DNA from: an uncultured Thermoplasmatales archaeon
Lineage (GTDB): Archaea > Thermoplasmatota > Penumbrarchaeia > Penumbrarchaeales > Penumbrarchaeaceae
DNA: 64,000 bases
Direction of reading: 5' to 3'
Assembly: GCA_964445525.1 (NCBI GenBank)
Contig: CAYULA010000018.1
Span: 36 to 64,035, forward strand
Shown here: positions 35,767-45,200 of the stretch, piece after piece
Numbering within the stretch: position 1 is the first letter of the stretch
How the letters are laid out: the number at the start of each line of letters is the position of its first letter
Translations under genes and position numbers: made by a program
Notes under the pieces: model-generated
Database searches by the model: none
Told to the model about the DNA's origin: nothing
What the model saw: the letters and a program-made list of their open reading frames with translations, nothing else

Positions 35767-38700
35767 GAAGCGTACCTTCTCCTTGCAATGTCCATTACCC
35801 TTTCCAGGATCAGATCGATATCGTCGAATTCGAGATGGAGGTTTTCTTTGTCCATCAAAAAATCCGATATTTCCCTCATCATCTTCTTCTGAACATCATC
35901 CCTCTTCTGCCAATCAACGATCCTGTTATCCCTGATTATCTGATCAATGGCCATTGCCAGATTGGCGGAGAGCTCTTTTGCGGGTTGCATTGTATTGTCT
36001 TTGTTCTTTGGGTCGGAGAGAACGCTGAAAGTAACTCCATAGAATGCTTTAGCGATGTCATTTCCTTCCAGGATCTCCGGTTCGTCTTCGTCCTTTCTGT
36101 TGATCACATGATCCCTGATCCTCATGGCTCTTCTGAAGTATTCGTTTTCATCGATCCTCTGCTGGCGATAGCTGTCAATTGCTTCCTTAATCAGATCGGA
36201 GAATTTCTTGTAAAAGGCCGGATCCTCTTCCCATTTATCCTGAATGGATTTGAGTGTTCTATGGGCTATTGTGTCTGCCTGGGATGCTTTACCTCTTAAT
36301 TTTGCGATCTCCTTTTCGAATTTCTCCTTGTCGAAGATGTCCACTTCCTTGGTGATTATCTCCACCTTGTCAGAGGTCACGTAGGTGTCCAGAAGTTTCT
36401 TGATCTTCGGTTCGTACTCGCTGATATCAATAACTTCGGCATATCTCTTCTTGACTGAGGCTCTGAGTTTCTGGAAGAAATGAAGGTCATCCTTGTATCT
36501 TTGAATTGTTTCGGGTTTTTGGTCCTCGAAGAATTTGGGAGTGGATAGTGCAACGGAAAGCGTTCTGGAAAACAATGAGAGTCTTTCGTAGAATGCATCC
36601 CGTATCTCTTTGTCCCCGAGAAATACCTCGTACTCCTCCTCGTCTTTTTTATTTTTTATTTCCTTGAATATGTCCCACACATCCGAATGTCTCTGAGGGA
36701 GTTTCCTGATTTCTTCCAAAATATTTGTAAGAGTGCCTTCGAGGTCTTCCTGTTCGAATTCTTCCAGCGCAGAGTAGGTTGTAAGTGCCTTGTCAAGTTC
36801 TCCCAGAATACCTGAGTAATCGATTATGTAACCGTGGTCCTTTCCTTCCTTGATCCTGTTGACCCTTGCTATAGCCTGGAGTAGAGTGTGCTCCTTCATC
36901 TGCTTGGCCAGGTATAGGATTGTATTGTTGGGGGAATCAAAACCGGTTAGCAGTTTGTCAACCACGATCAGGATCTCCGGTTCCTCCCCGTACTTGAAAT
37001 CGTTGACTATCGTGTCGTTGTAATCATCCTCGTTTCTGAATCTCTCCATCATTTTGGACCAGAACCTCTGGACCCTGTCCTCCACTTCATCCAATGGGTC
37101 TTCATGACCTTCCCTGGTGTCCGGTGATGAGATCACAACCTCGGAGATCACATCCCCGAAATCATCCAGATATTCCTTGTATTTCAATGCGGCAAGCTTT
37201 GAAGGGGTTGCTACCTGAGCTTTGAATTGTGTTCCCTTCCAGTTCCTTCTGTAATGTTCGCTTATGTCGAACGCAATCATGTGTATCTTCTGATCGGAAG
37301 AGTTCAATTGGGATATTCTGGAATATTTCTTTTTGAGATCGGTTTTCTGTTCATCGGTGAGGCCTTTGGTAACTATATCGAACCAGCTGTCAAGGGAATC
37401 CATGTCAACCTTTTGGGGAACATGTCTTCCCTCGTAAAGTAATGGAACAACCGCTTTGTCCTTTACAGCCTGGTCAATGGTGTATTCGTCGATGAACCCG
37501 CCAAATCTCTGGGCTGTGGACTTTTCACTCTTCATCAATGGAGTTCCCGTGAATCCGATGTAGCAAGCATTGGGAAGGATCTGCCTCATCCTCGCATGGG
37601 ATTCGCCGTACTGGGATCTGTGACTCTCATCCACGAGAACGAAGATGTTGGGATCCTCGATGGGAGATTTTTGTGATTTCTTCAGTGCCGAGACGAATTT
37701 GTCGATGACGGATGTGATCACAGTGGTTTTATTCTGTTTTAACTGCCTGTAAAGATCTTCCCCGGTCCTTGCTTTGTGAGGTTCCATTCCGCAGTTCTTG
37801 AAGGTGCCTTTTATCTGCTTGTCGAGATTGATCCTGTCTGTAACGATCACGATCCTGGCATTGGGTATGTCCCTGTCCATGGCGAGGACCTTTGCAAGCC
37901 AGACCATGGTAAGTGATTTTCCGGATCCCTGCGTGTGCCAGATGACCCCTCCCTTTCTCTTCTTTGAATCCTCAAATGTCTTTAATCTCCTCATGGTTTT
38001 TTTCACTGCGAAATACTGCTGGTATCTGGCGATCTTCTTTATTCCTCCGTCGAATATGATGAACTTCCTTGTCAGTTCCAGCAATCGATCTTTTCTGAGT
38101 AGGGAATGGATGGTCCTGTCCTGTTCCGTTATCTTTCTCCCTTCCGTTTCAAAGCTGTCAAAATAATCCCAGACGTAGCGAAACCTGTCGCTGAAAAGTT
38201 TATTTTTTATTGCCTGTGACAGGGGGGTGTTAATCAGATGTTCTAGCTCTTCTTCGAAATCTTCCTTTTCCTTCCATACCGACCAGAACTTCGCGGGAGT
38301 GGTTGCTGTTGCATATTTTGCTTCATTTTTGGATATTCCCAACAATATCTGTGAGTAGATAAAGAGCCTCTGGATCTCGTTCTTTTTCTGATTTCTTATG
38401 TGCTGTGAGACCGCTTCATCGATGGAATCCTTTTCATCGGGCCTCTTGCATTCGATGACCACCAGAGGTATTCCGTTTACGAAGAGCACGATATCCGGCC
38501 TTCTGTGGCCCTTTCCGTCATCTTTTTCGACCTCGAATTCCTCGGTGACGTGGAAATAATTGTTTTCAATATTATCCCAGTCGATGTAGTTCATGGTGAA
38601 ACTTCGAATGTATCCCTTTATATTCTCCTCGAAGCTCTTTCCGAGACACATCAGATCGTAGAGGTCCTGATTGGTCCTCCCCACGTTATCTATCATCACA

Positions 38701-38945
38701 TCGTCCAGGGCCTTTACCGCGTTTGTGATATTCCTGTTGGAGAAGGCATATTCGTCTTCAAGATATTCGAATCTGTTCTCCCTGAGCTTTTTTTCGAGTA
38801 TTGACGTGAGAACGACCTTCCCTTTCTTGTTTTCGCGAAGGTCAAGGGCCTCCTCCGGTGTGAGATATTCATACCCCATTTTGATGAGTAATTGTAATGC
38901 AGGTATCTGCGAGATATGATCCTCGATAAATGATGGGATGTCCAT
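35763..38945 (-). CDS. hsdR: Type I restriction enzyme, R subunit
   Basis: N-terminal PD-(D/E)xK (RPDIVLFVNGIPLVVIECK) and helicase motif I (HTQGSGKSLTM). Motif II (VLVDESHRSQ) and later SF2 motifs follow. The start is ATG 38945, with GAGGAGG 7 nt upstream; the track start 38981 overlaps the upstream gene. Confidence 0.95.
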   Translation of the reverse strand: MDIPSFIEDHISQIPALQLLIKMGYEYLTPEEALDLRENKKGKVVLTSILEKKLRENRFEYLEDEYAFSNRNITNAVKALDDVMIDNVGRTNQDLYDLMCLGKSFEENIKGYIRSFTMNYIDWDNIENNYFHVTEEFEVEKDDGKGHRRPDIVLFVNGIPLVVIECKRPDEKDSIDEAVSQHIRNQKKNEIQRLFIYSQILLGISKNEAKYATATTPAKFWSVWKEKEDFEEELEHLINTPLSQAIKNKLFSDRFRYVWDYFDSFETEGRKITEQDRTIHSLLRKDRLLELTRKFIIFDGGIKKIARYQQYFAVKKTMRRLKTFEDSKKRKGGVIWHTQGSGKSLTMVWLAKVLAMDRDIPNARIVIVTDRINLDKQIKGTFKNCGMEPHKARTGEDLYRQLKQNKTTVITSVIDKFVSALKKSQKSPIEDPNIFVLVDESHRSQYGESHARMRQILPNACYIGFTGTPLMKSEKSTAQRFGGFIDEYTIDQAVKDKAVVPLLYEGRHVPQKVDMDSLDSWFDIVTKGLTDEQKTDLKKKYSRISQLNSSDQKIHMIAFDISEHYRRNWKGTQFKAQVATPSKLAALKYKEYLDDFGDVISEVVISSPDTREGHEDPLDEVEDRVQRFWSKMMERFRNEDDYNDTIVNDFKYGEEPEILIVVDKLLTGFDSPNNTILYLAKQMKEHTLLQAIARVNRIKEGKDHGYIIDYSGILGELDKALTTYSALEEFEQEDLEGTLTNILEEIRKLPQRHSDVWDIFKEIKNKKDEEEYEVFLGDKEIRDAFYERLSLFSRTLSVALSTPKFFEDQKPETIQRYKDDLHFFQKLRASVKKRYAEVIDISEYEPKIKKLLDTYVTSDKVEIITKEVDIFDKEKFEKEIAKLRGKASQADTIAHRTLKSIQDKWEEDPAFYKKFSDLIKEAIDSYRQQRIDENEYFRRAMRIRDHVINRKDEDEPEILEGNDIAKAFYGVTFSVLSDPKNKDNTMQPAKELSANLAMAIDQIIRDNRIVDWQKRDDVQKKMMREISDFLMDKENLHLEFDDIDLILERVMDIARRRYAS

Positions 38946-38947
38946 TT

Positions 38948-39793
38948 TCAATCCTCCTCTTCTTCTTTGATTATTTTCCAATGACCTCCTCTTGGAGGGC
39001 CTATACGTTTTATGAATCCTTTTTGTTTAAGTTCAGAAATAACTTTTTGTGTGTTTCTGTGATTTATTCCGATTTTCTTGGACATCTTCCTTGTTGTAAT
39101 TTTATTGTTTTTCTCAACCAGTTCCAAGATTTTTAGTTGTGTCGAATTAAGGACCATTACGTTCTGATCTACGTCCTTTTCTATGTCCCAATTAATGGAA
39201 TTGTCCATCAGTTTATTTATCTGAACAGGATTCAATTGCCAGTATCCGCTTCTATCGGAACCAACTCGCAGAAGGCATTTATTTTTTTTCAGAAATGAAA
39301 GATATTTCTGGATATTTCGTTGATTAATTCCAATTATTTTTGATAATTCCCTTGAAGTGATCTCGCGGTTTCCACCGATCAATTCCAGGATGGAAATATG
39401 AGTATTATTCAATTTCTTTACGTCTTTTTCTATGTCCTGATCTACGTCTTTTTCTACTACCTTTTCATGTTCACCCATGGGACGTAGAAAAGTGGTGTAG
39501 AACGCCCTCCCGATCTCTTTGAATTCTGAATCAGGTTCAAGTTTCAATATTTTCATTATTCCTCTTCCCCAGTTCTCCACGAAATGAATATCCTTGAACT
39601 TCTGTGCAAGGAGAGGATTCCTTCTGTCCGATACGTTTCCTTTTCTTATCTCCTCTACAGTCATTCTATCCTTCGACAGAATGGGATCAGACGTGATTGG
39701 GTCTATCACATATCTCATTTGGGAAGTTGAACGCTTTAACTCCGTTGTTTCCGTTTCCGTTACGTAGAATCCATTGATCATTTCAATTTTCAT
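38948..39793 (-). CDS. AlbA_2-family C-terminal fragment-like protein with two tandem wHTH modules
   Basis: RRNPLLAQKF...ENWGRGIMKIL resembles the HATPase_c_4 tail of AlbA_2/RecG-like regulators. It is followed by an internally duplicated approximately 65-aa wHTH (LN(N/S)T.(I/L).ILEL...ITxRxxSKxIGIN.RN.QK). The N-terminal AlbA_2 domain is missing. Confidence 0.65.
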   Translation of the reverse strand: MKIEMINGFYVTETETTELKRSTSQMRYVIDPITSDPILSKDRMTVEEIRKGNVSDRRNPLLAQKFKDIHFVENWGRGIMKILKLEPDSEFKEIGRAFYTTFLRPMGEHEKVVEKDVDQDIEKDVKKLNNTHISILELIGGNREITSRELSKIIGINQRNIQKYLSFLKKNKCLLRVGSDRSGYWQLNPVQINKLMDNSINWDIEKDVDQNVMVLNSTQLKILELVEKNNKITTRKMSKKIGINHRNTQKVISELKQKGFIKRIGPPRGGHWKIIKEEEED

Positions 39794-39802
39794 CTCCTCA
39801 TT

Positions 39803-41131
39803 TCATGTATCATCAACCTTAACCCTCGTCTTCCCCGTCAGAAGTTGTTGCATAAGTCCTTTCTTTATTTCCGATAGGACCTTCTTTCTTTCATACAAAT
39901 TTTCGATCACACCATCAAGATCGAACAATGTTTTTGCAATCATTTTTTGTTCATTAATTTCAGGCATTGGTACCTGTATTCTCTTTAAACCACTTGGGTA
40001 AATATGAACTACAGAATGTCCTTGCCCCTTCTTTCGACTTTGTGAATAGAATATTTGGCTATTTAGAAGAAATGAGAGGAATTGAGAATCAGATTCCTTG
40101 TTTCTTAAAATAACGATATCTCCACCCGCAAAGGCATCTTCATTTCCTAGGTAGGCTATGGATTTGCCTATTTCATCAAGTGTTTCACCTGAACCTGCAA
40201 ATAAGACATCACCTGTTTTAATAGGTTCAGATTCATAAGTTGATTGTTCACTGATGTATGTTTTAAAACTATGAGTATAGAACCGATCAGTTGTATATAT
40301 TTGGCCATACGTGATACATGGAAAGCCTTCTGACCTCAGTTCACTCTTTGAAACTCCTTTTCCCCTATAGAATTGACCAAGTTCATCAAGAGTCACCACA
40401 TCCCAATCCAGAGGGACCTCTCCGATCTTTGTATCCTTGAATCCCTCTTTCTCGATGAATTCCTTGAACCGGACCTTCCCCGTGAGAAGCTGCTGCATCA
40501 ATCCTTTCTTGAGGTTCTCCTTCTCCTTGATAAGGGCCTCCGTCTTTTCAATAGCAAGGTCCCACGTTGAGAGGACCTCTGCGATCTTTTTTTGTTCAGG
40601 GAGTGGTGGAATAGGTATTAATAATGACTGGATTCTTGATAAGGCCAACTTTGGTTGGGCATTATTAGTTCCTGATTTTTTGATTAAGTATTGAATAGAA
40701 TTTGACATCATAATATATTTCAAAAAAACTTTATTAATTATGATATTTGTTAATTTATTTGCGTTTTCCGTTAGATTGGCACCATCTAGGTCAAGGGGAA
40801 TTTCTCCAACAATTCCTAATGTTCCAGCAACTGAAATAAACAAATCATCTTTTGATATTGTGTATCTTCGTATTGATGGAAAAACCTCCTCTGGGACATA
40901 ATGAATATCATCTGTTTTTACTCCTCCCATGTGCATGTCAACAACTCTGATATATGGATGTGAAGTCTTAATATCTGTAACAAATGTCCCTTTTGGTAAT
41001 CGTTTTCCACCTTTTACTTGGCAGATATCTTCAATTCTTTTTACATCCCAAGCCTTAGGAATCATACCAATTTTTGTCTCTTTATAATCATTACTTTCTA
41101 TCGACTTCATAATTCGCTTCACCTTCTTCAA
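39803..41131 (-). CDS. hsdS: Type I R-M specificity subunit (two target-recognition domains)
   Basis: Two variable TRDs are separated by conserved helices LPEQKKIAEVLS...LKKGLMQQLLTGKVRF and EQKMIAKTL...IKKGLMQQLLTGKTRV. Confidence 0.9.
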   Translation of the reverse strand: MKKVKRIMKSIESNDYKETKIGMIPKAWDVKRIEDICQVKGGKRLPKGTFVTDIKTSHPYIRVVDMHMGGVKTDDIHYVPEEVFPSIRRYTISKDDLFISVAGTLGIVGEIPLDLDGANLTENANKLTNIIINKVFLKYIMMSNSIQYLIKKSGTNNAQPKLALSRIQSLLIPIPPLPEQKKIAEVLSTWDLAIEKTEALIKEKENLKKGLMQQLLTGKVRFKEFIEKEGFKDTKIGEVPLDWDVVTLDELGQFYRGKGVSKSELRSEGFPCITYGQIYTTDRFYTHSFKTYISEQSTYESEPIKTGDVLFAGSGETLDEIGKSIAYLGNEDAFAGGDIVILRNKESDSQFLSFLLNSQIFYSQSRKKGQGHSVVHIYPSGLKRIQVPMPEINEQKMIAKTLFDLDGVIENLYERKKVLSEIKKGLMQQLLTGKTRVKVDDT

Positions 41132-41603
41132 TTCCTCTTCTAGCGATTATAAACGCCCATTTAGGAGGTTGGGGGCTTTTCTTGTTCAGTTCATCTCGTT
41201 TGTTATTAAGGTCCATAAGTTGTTGATATGGCTCATTTTTTGGTTTTTTCCGATCAATTCCAATCTCACGGAATATTCTAGCTCTATTTCTTAGTGAGTT
41301 GTATTTATTACCAGCTTCCAGATGAGAGCTAGCTCTTCCATTTGGATTAAGGAAAGTAGCGACGGCTGTTAGAGCTGTTACAATAATTGCTAGTATTCCT
41401 GCAATCAAAGTATGATTTGAAAAATCGGAAAGAGCCGATGCACCAGAAATAGCTGCTAAGATGGCTGTTGGAACTCCGATCCAAATGTGAAATCTTCTCC
41501 AAAAGGAAGCTGTGACAAAATGGCCTTTTGCAGAATAGAGGCTATCTTCCTCAATTCTCTTCGCTTCCTTCTGAATTCTATTCTTATCCATATTATCAGA
41601 CAT
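41091..41603 (-). CDS. SLATT-domain 2-TM protein (predicted membrane effector)
   Basis: The N-terminal helix with YSAKGHF is followed by two TM helices (HIWIGVPTAILAAISGASAL, LIAGILAIIVTALTAVATFL). A helical tail (AGNKYNSLRNRARIF) follows. It starts 3 nt after the SMODS stop. Confidence 0.7.
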   Translation of the reverse strand: MSDNMDKNRIQKEAKRIEEDSLYSAKGHFVTASFWRRFHIWIGVPTAILAAISGASALSDFSNHTLIAGILAIIVTALTAVATFLNPNGRASSHLEAGNKYNSLRNRARIFREIGIDRKKPKNEPYQQLMDLNNKRDELNKKSPQPPKWAFIIARRGIEEGEANYEVDRK

Positions 41604-41606
41604 CCG

Positions 41607-42476
41607 TTAATAAGCTGGGAATTTTTCAGCAAAGACCATATTCCACCAATAAAATGCATCTTGGATTTTACCTGCCTGCTCAGCATTTCTTGCCTTATCG
41701 GCTCGGATTAAAGCAGTTTCGATTTTAGATAGAGCATCTTCTCTTTTCGCCTCAGTGTTGCATGGATGAATATATCCAGAGATCCCGACTGGATCATGTA
41801 ATGATGCAAGACCACAATCTCGAAGAATCTTCAATATCTTCCTCACATCATATGAATATTGTATTCGGTCTTCTCCATAGGCATACTTTGCAATCTTCAT
41901 CTCAAGATATATTGATGATATGGGAACATTTCGTAGAAATTTCCAAGCCTTCGCGAAACGGATCAATGGTTTTACCTTTTTACTCAGTGCTTTATTTACT
42001 TCTGTAACATATGCATTCTGAGCATCTGGGGAGGTTCTCATCCATCCGTCAAAACTATTAGGAATTTCATAGATCTTGTATCCCCCAATTGTTTTATTTA
42101 TGTCATCAGCAGGTACGACCTCAGTGCTTTCACAACCATTTGTGCCGAAAGGAACAAGTACCGCAGGTTTTCGAACTGTCACCCCAGTATAAGGAAATCT
42201 TACATCTAGTGTATTTCGGATTTTCCTCAAAGTTGATGCAGAGTTTTGATTGAGGTTCTCAGTTGGGATCACAGCAAAATAATCTACATCGCTGTATCCG
42301 TGTATACTTGTACCATTCCCAAATGAACCGGTTTTAAAGAAACGAGTCATTCCATAGTTATTCATCAAACATTGTTTAATGGTCAATCGATGCCTCTCTG
42401 CTGCCTCGGATTCTCCACATGTGGGTATTAATCTTTGATGAAAGATTCGAAAACCTTCTTCAACGGTCTTAGCCAT
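41607..42476 (-). CDS. SMODS-type (pol-beta fold) nucleotidyltransferase
   Basis: FKTGSFGNGTSIHGYSDVDYFAVIP provides the GS-x9-13-DxD catalytic motif. A third acidic strand STEVVPADD follows. The N-terminal helix pattern F..F...L.PT..E is typical of SMODS. Confidence 0.7.
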   Translation of the reverse strand: MAKTVEEGFRIFHQRLIPTCGESEAAERHRLTIKQCLMNNYGMTRFFKTGSFGNGTSIHGYSDVDYFAVIPTENLNQNSASTLRKIRNTLDVRFPYTGVTVRKPAVLVPFGTNGCESTEVVPADDINKTIGGYKIYEIPNSFDGWMRTSPDAQNAYVTEVNKALSKKVKPLIRFAKAWKFLRNVPISSIYLEMKIAKYAYGEDRIQYSYDVRKILKILRDCGLASLHDPVGISGYIHPCNTEAKREDALSKIETALIRADKARNAEQAGKIQDAFYWWNMVFAEKFPAY

Positions 42477-42876
42477 ATAATTTCACCCCTCTTCCAATTA
42501 TTTCATTTTGAATGTAATAATAAGATTGAGGTACAACAAATCCCTTCGATTGATCGATCAGTCCATCATCTATTGAACACCGATCGAGATCAGTAACCTG
42601 AATAGCATAACCAGAGTTGGAATTTCGGAAATATTCTTTGAACTCTCTTTCTGATACACCTGAACCTTCTTTAAAGCGATCCCATAAGTCATCAGGAGGA
42701 CCTTCAACGATTTCACCAGGTTTGAATGATGCAACGATCCTCTTCACCGGCGATGTTGAATAAATAAAGACTCGGTCAACATCCTTCTTCCAGATCCTTT
42801 TCCGGAACTCATATTTCTTCTCTCCGGAGAGGACCTTCTCAACATATTTTGGTTTCATGGAAAGGAGGACATTCAT
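42469..42876 (-). CDS. ASCH (PUA-like) domain protein
   Basis: MNVLLSMKPKYVEKVLSGEKKYEFRKR is the characteristic ASCH N-terminus. Its stop overlaps the SMODS start by 8 nt. Confidence 0.8.
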   Translation of the reverse strand: MNVLLSMKPKYVEKVLSGEKKYEFRKRIWKKDVDRVFIYSTSPVKRIVASFKPGEIVEGPPDDLWDRFKEGSGVSEREFKEYFRNSNSGYAIQVTDLDRCSIDDGLIDQSKGFVVPQSYYYIQNEIIGRGVKLYG

Positions 42877-44024
42877 TGGAGGGCCTCCTCTTCATTTATT
42901 CCACTTTCATGATTCTCCTTCTTCTCAGTCTGCTTTCTCATCTCTCTCTTAAGCTCCCCCACCGTTGGTAAATATCCCTTCAATTCTTTGGGCATCTCAG
43001 CTGTCAAATTATATTCCGATACTCCAATGGGAGTAGAGTTGTTCCTGAGTGCATATTCGGCTATCAATTCCTTCTTTGTTTTGCAGAGGATCAATCCGAT
43101 ACTTGGGTTGTCGGTAGGGTGCGTTAGCAGATCATCCACGGCTGAAAGATAGAAGTTCATCTTACCGGCAAACTCGGTCTTGAACGTACCGGTCTTTAGA
43201 TCTATTACAATGAAGCATCTGAGTTTCAGGTGATAGAACAGCAGGTCTATGTAGAAGTCGTCACCTTCGAGTTCGAAATGATATTGGTTTCCGACGAAGG
43301 AGAAGCCTACTCCAAGTTCCAATAGAAACTTTCGAATGTGATCTACCAGAGCGTTCTCAAGTTCCCGCTCGGATGCATCAGTGGAAATGGTTAGGAAATC
43401 AAAGACGTACGGGTCCTTGATCGTCTGTTTTGCAAGGTCTGATTGTAATGGAGGTAGGCTTGCATCGAAGTTCGTCACTGCTTTGTCCTGGCGGTGGTAG
43501 AGACCGGTCTCTATCTGGTGAACAAGGACTGCACGGGACCAGCCGTATTCAATGGTCTTCTGCGCATACCAGAGACGTTCGATAGGCTCTTTTACCTTTT
43601 GTACCAGAACAATATTATGACCCCATGGTATTTCTGTCACAAGTTGTGACAGTTTTAATGTGGATGGGTCTGTCACAGCCCGTGACAGTTCTTCAATATC
43701 TTCTGTCCAGGCAAGGAAAAAAGCCCTCATACGCCATATATTCAGGGAAGAAAATCCCCTGATACCTGGGAACTCTGATTGAATATCCTTTGATAATCGC
43801 TCAACCACAAACTTGCCCCAACCCTGTTTCTTTTGCTGTGCAACGATAGATCTTCCGATCTCCCAGTATAGCTGGATCAATTCGCGGTTGACAGTGATTG
43901 CTGCTTTCACCTGTGCCGTTCTGATCCTGTTTTTCAGATCCAACAGCAATTCATAATAGCCCTCTGGTAGGCCTTGAACGTGTTCTCCCTCTGGGAAAGA
44001 TAACTCTGGTTCTTTATCTTGCAA
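42873..44024 (-). CDS. DUF1016 / YhcG-family PD-(D/E)xK nuclease
   Basis: The N-terminal NRELIQLYWEIGRSI...GWGKFVVERLSKDIQSEFPGIRGFS is present. The C-terminal nuclease core is YIDLLFYHLKLRCFIVIDLKTG. The start codon is apparently TTG at 44024. Confidence 0.85.
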   Translation of the reverse strand: MQDKEPELSFPEGEHVQGLPEGYYELLLDLKNRIRTAQVKAAITVNRELIQLYWEIGRSIVAQQKKQGWGKFVVERLSKDIQSEFPGIRGFSSLNIWRMRAFFLAWTEDIEELSRAVTDPSTLKLSQLVTEIPWGHNIVLVQKVKEPIERLWYAQKTIEYGWSRAVLVHQIETGLYHRQDKAVTNFDASLPPLQSDLAKQTIKDPYVFDFLTISTDASERELENALVDHIRKFLLELGVGFSFVGNQYHFELEGDDFYIDLLFYHLKLRCFIVIDLKTGTFKTEFAGKMNFYLSAVDDLLTHPTDNPSIGLILCKTKKELIAEYALRNNSTPIGVSEYNLTAEMPKELKGYLPTVGELKREMRKQTEKKENHESGINEEEALQ

Positions 44025-44141
44025 TCATTTCTCCTCCCAGATAATATTTTGACTTGGTCCCCGTTTCCGGAACTCGTATCGTTTATCTCCGGAGAGGACC
44101 TTTTCAACGTATTTTGGTTTCATGGAGAGGAGGACGTTCAT
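44025..44141 (-). pseudogene. ASCH gene 5' fragment (38 codons), duplicate of 42763-42876
   Basis: It translates to MNVLLSMKPKYVEKVLSGDKRYEFRKRGPSQNIIWEEK. About 80 nt align with the intact ASCH 5' end with about 10 mismatches. Confidence 0.6.
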
Positions 44142-44347
44142 GTGAGTACCTCCTTCAAACTATGTGTGGCAATTTCTGAAAGATTCTTGAAAGGGATAAT
44201 CGCCAAGTAATCACCAACTAATCGCCAACAGGACCTAATCTGCCATTTATTCAGCCCAAGATCGAATAGGAGAACGTTCATTGGAGGTCCTTCATTTCCC
44301 TTATGGTTTTGATCCGGTTTTCCGTTCACTTTTTCTCCTCCTTTCAC
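44138..44347 (-). pseudogene. doubtful ORF containing a third, shorter copy of the ASCH start junction
   Basis: An internal GPPMNVLL is encoded at 44266-44300, a region that resembles the RBS + ATG junction of the ASCH gene. The rest has no recognisable family. Confidence 0.3.
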
Positions 44348-44359
44348 AAGATAATTCGA

Positions 44360-44797
44360 TCATTCCGATCCGCATAATATGCAGAAATATGTCCCTTTAA
44401 AAACAGAATATGGGTCCCTCGCTCTATCAATCACTCTTCCACAAACCGAGCACTTCTCCAATTCGAATTTCGGTGGGTCCTTCAGCTTTGTATGATTGTA
44501 TTCATTGGTTCCAAGATATGCATACATCTCGGCGTCCAGTTCCTCCCTGCATTTCTTGCATGTTTCCCATTCTCCCTCATGCTTGTGTATATAATGGTAT
44601 GAACATAATGTGTAGTGATCATGGTTCCGATAGCATGAATTACGGGCATATGAAAACATAACATATTCATCCTCATCATCGCAGATAGGCATATCACAGC
44701 ATGGGGTTCGGGTCAGGTTCTTTGTTTTCCCACAGATGAAACAGCGTTCTTTTTCCGGTTCTTTCTTTTGGTCCTTCATCTTTCTTCTGTGTGACAT
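44360..44797 (-). CDS. Cys/His-rich putative zinc-binding protein, unknown family
   Basis: CFICGK...PCCDMPIC...CYRNHDHYTLCSYHYIHKH...CKKCREE...CSVCGR...CILCG. The start is ATG 44797, 4 nt after the upstream stop; the track start 44893 overlaps by 92 nt. Confidence 0.55.
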   Translation of the reverse strand: MSHRRKMKDQKKEPEKERCFICGKTKNLTRTPCCDMPICDDEDEYVMFSYARNSCYRNHDHYTLCSYHYIHKHEGEWETCKKCREELDAEMYAYLGTNEYNHTKLKDPPKFELEKCSVCGRVIDRARDPYSVFKGTYFCILCGSE

Positions 44798-44801
44798 TTT
44801 C

Positions 44802-45191
44802 TCACTCCGTATCATCAAATGAGATGAAGTCGACAGGTTCATCGAAGGTCTTCTCTGTTGCTTCTTTGATCTTACTTCGGGTCCTTCTGTCAAAGCTCAA
44901 AATCCTCTTTTTCAACTCATCAGCAAGTCTGTTAACCTCATCGTCATCCTCCAGATCCATCTCAACATCATCCTCGGAATAGACTGTAATCATGTTGTAA
45001 TACGGATCACTGTATATCGTGATGTTACCAAGCGGGAAGGTAATCGCCTTGATGTAATCATCACCGACTTCCCCTCGACCTGTCAATATCATGCTTATTT
45101 CAAGAAATCCATGAACCCTGGAAGACGGCAATCCGTGTGATTCATCCTCGACTTTCCGTATCATGCTTTTCAATCCTTTCATGATAATCAC
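44802..45191 (-). CDS. hypothetical acidic protein (129 aa)
   Basis: ORF in the coupled array. No family recognised. Confidence 0.5.
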   Translation of the reverse strand: MIIMKGLKSMIRKVEDESHGLPSSRVHGFLEISMILTGRGEVGDDYIKAITFPLGNITIYSDPYYNMITVYSEDDVEMDLEDDDEVNRLADELKKRILSFDRRTRSKIKEATEKTFDEPVDFISFDDTE

Positions 45192-45200
45192 CCCGTTTCA

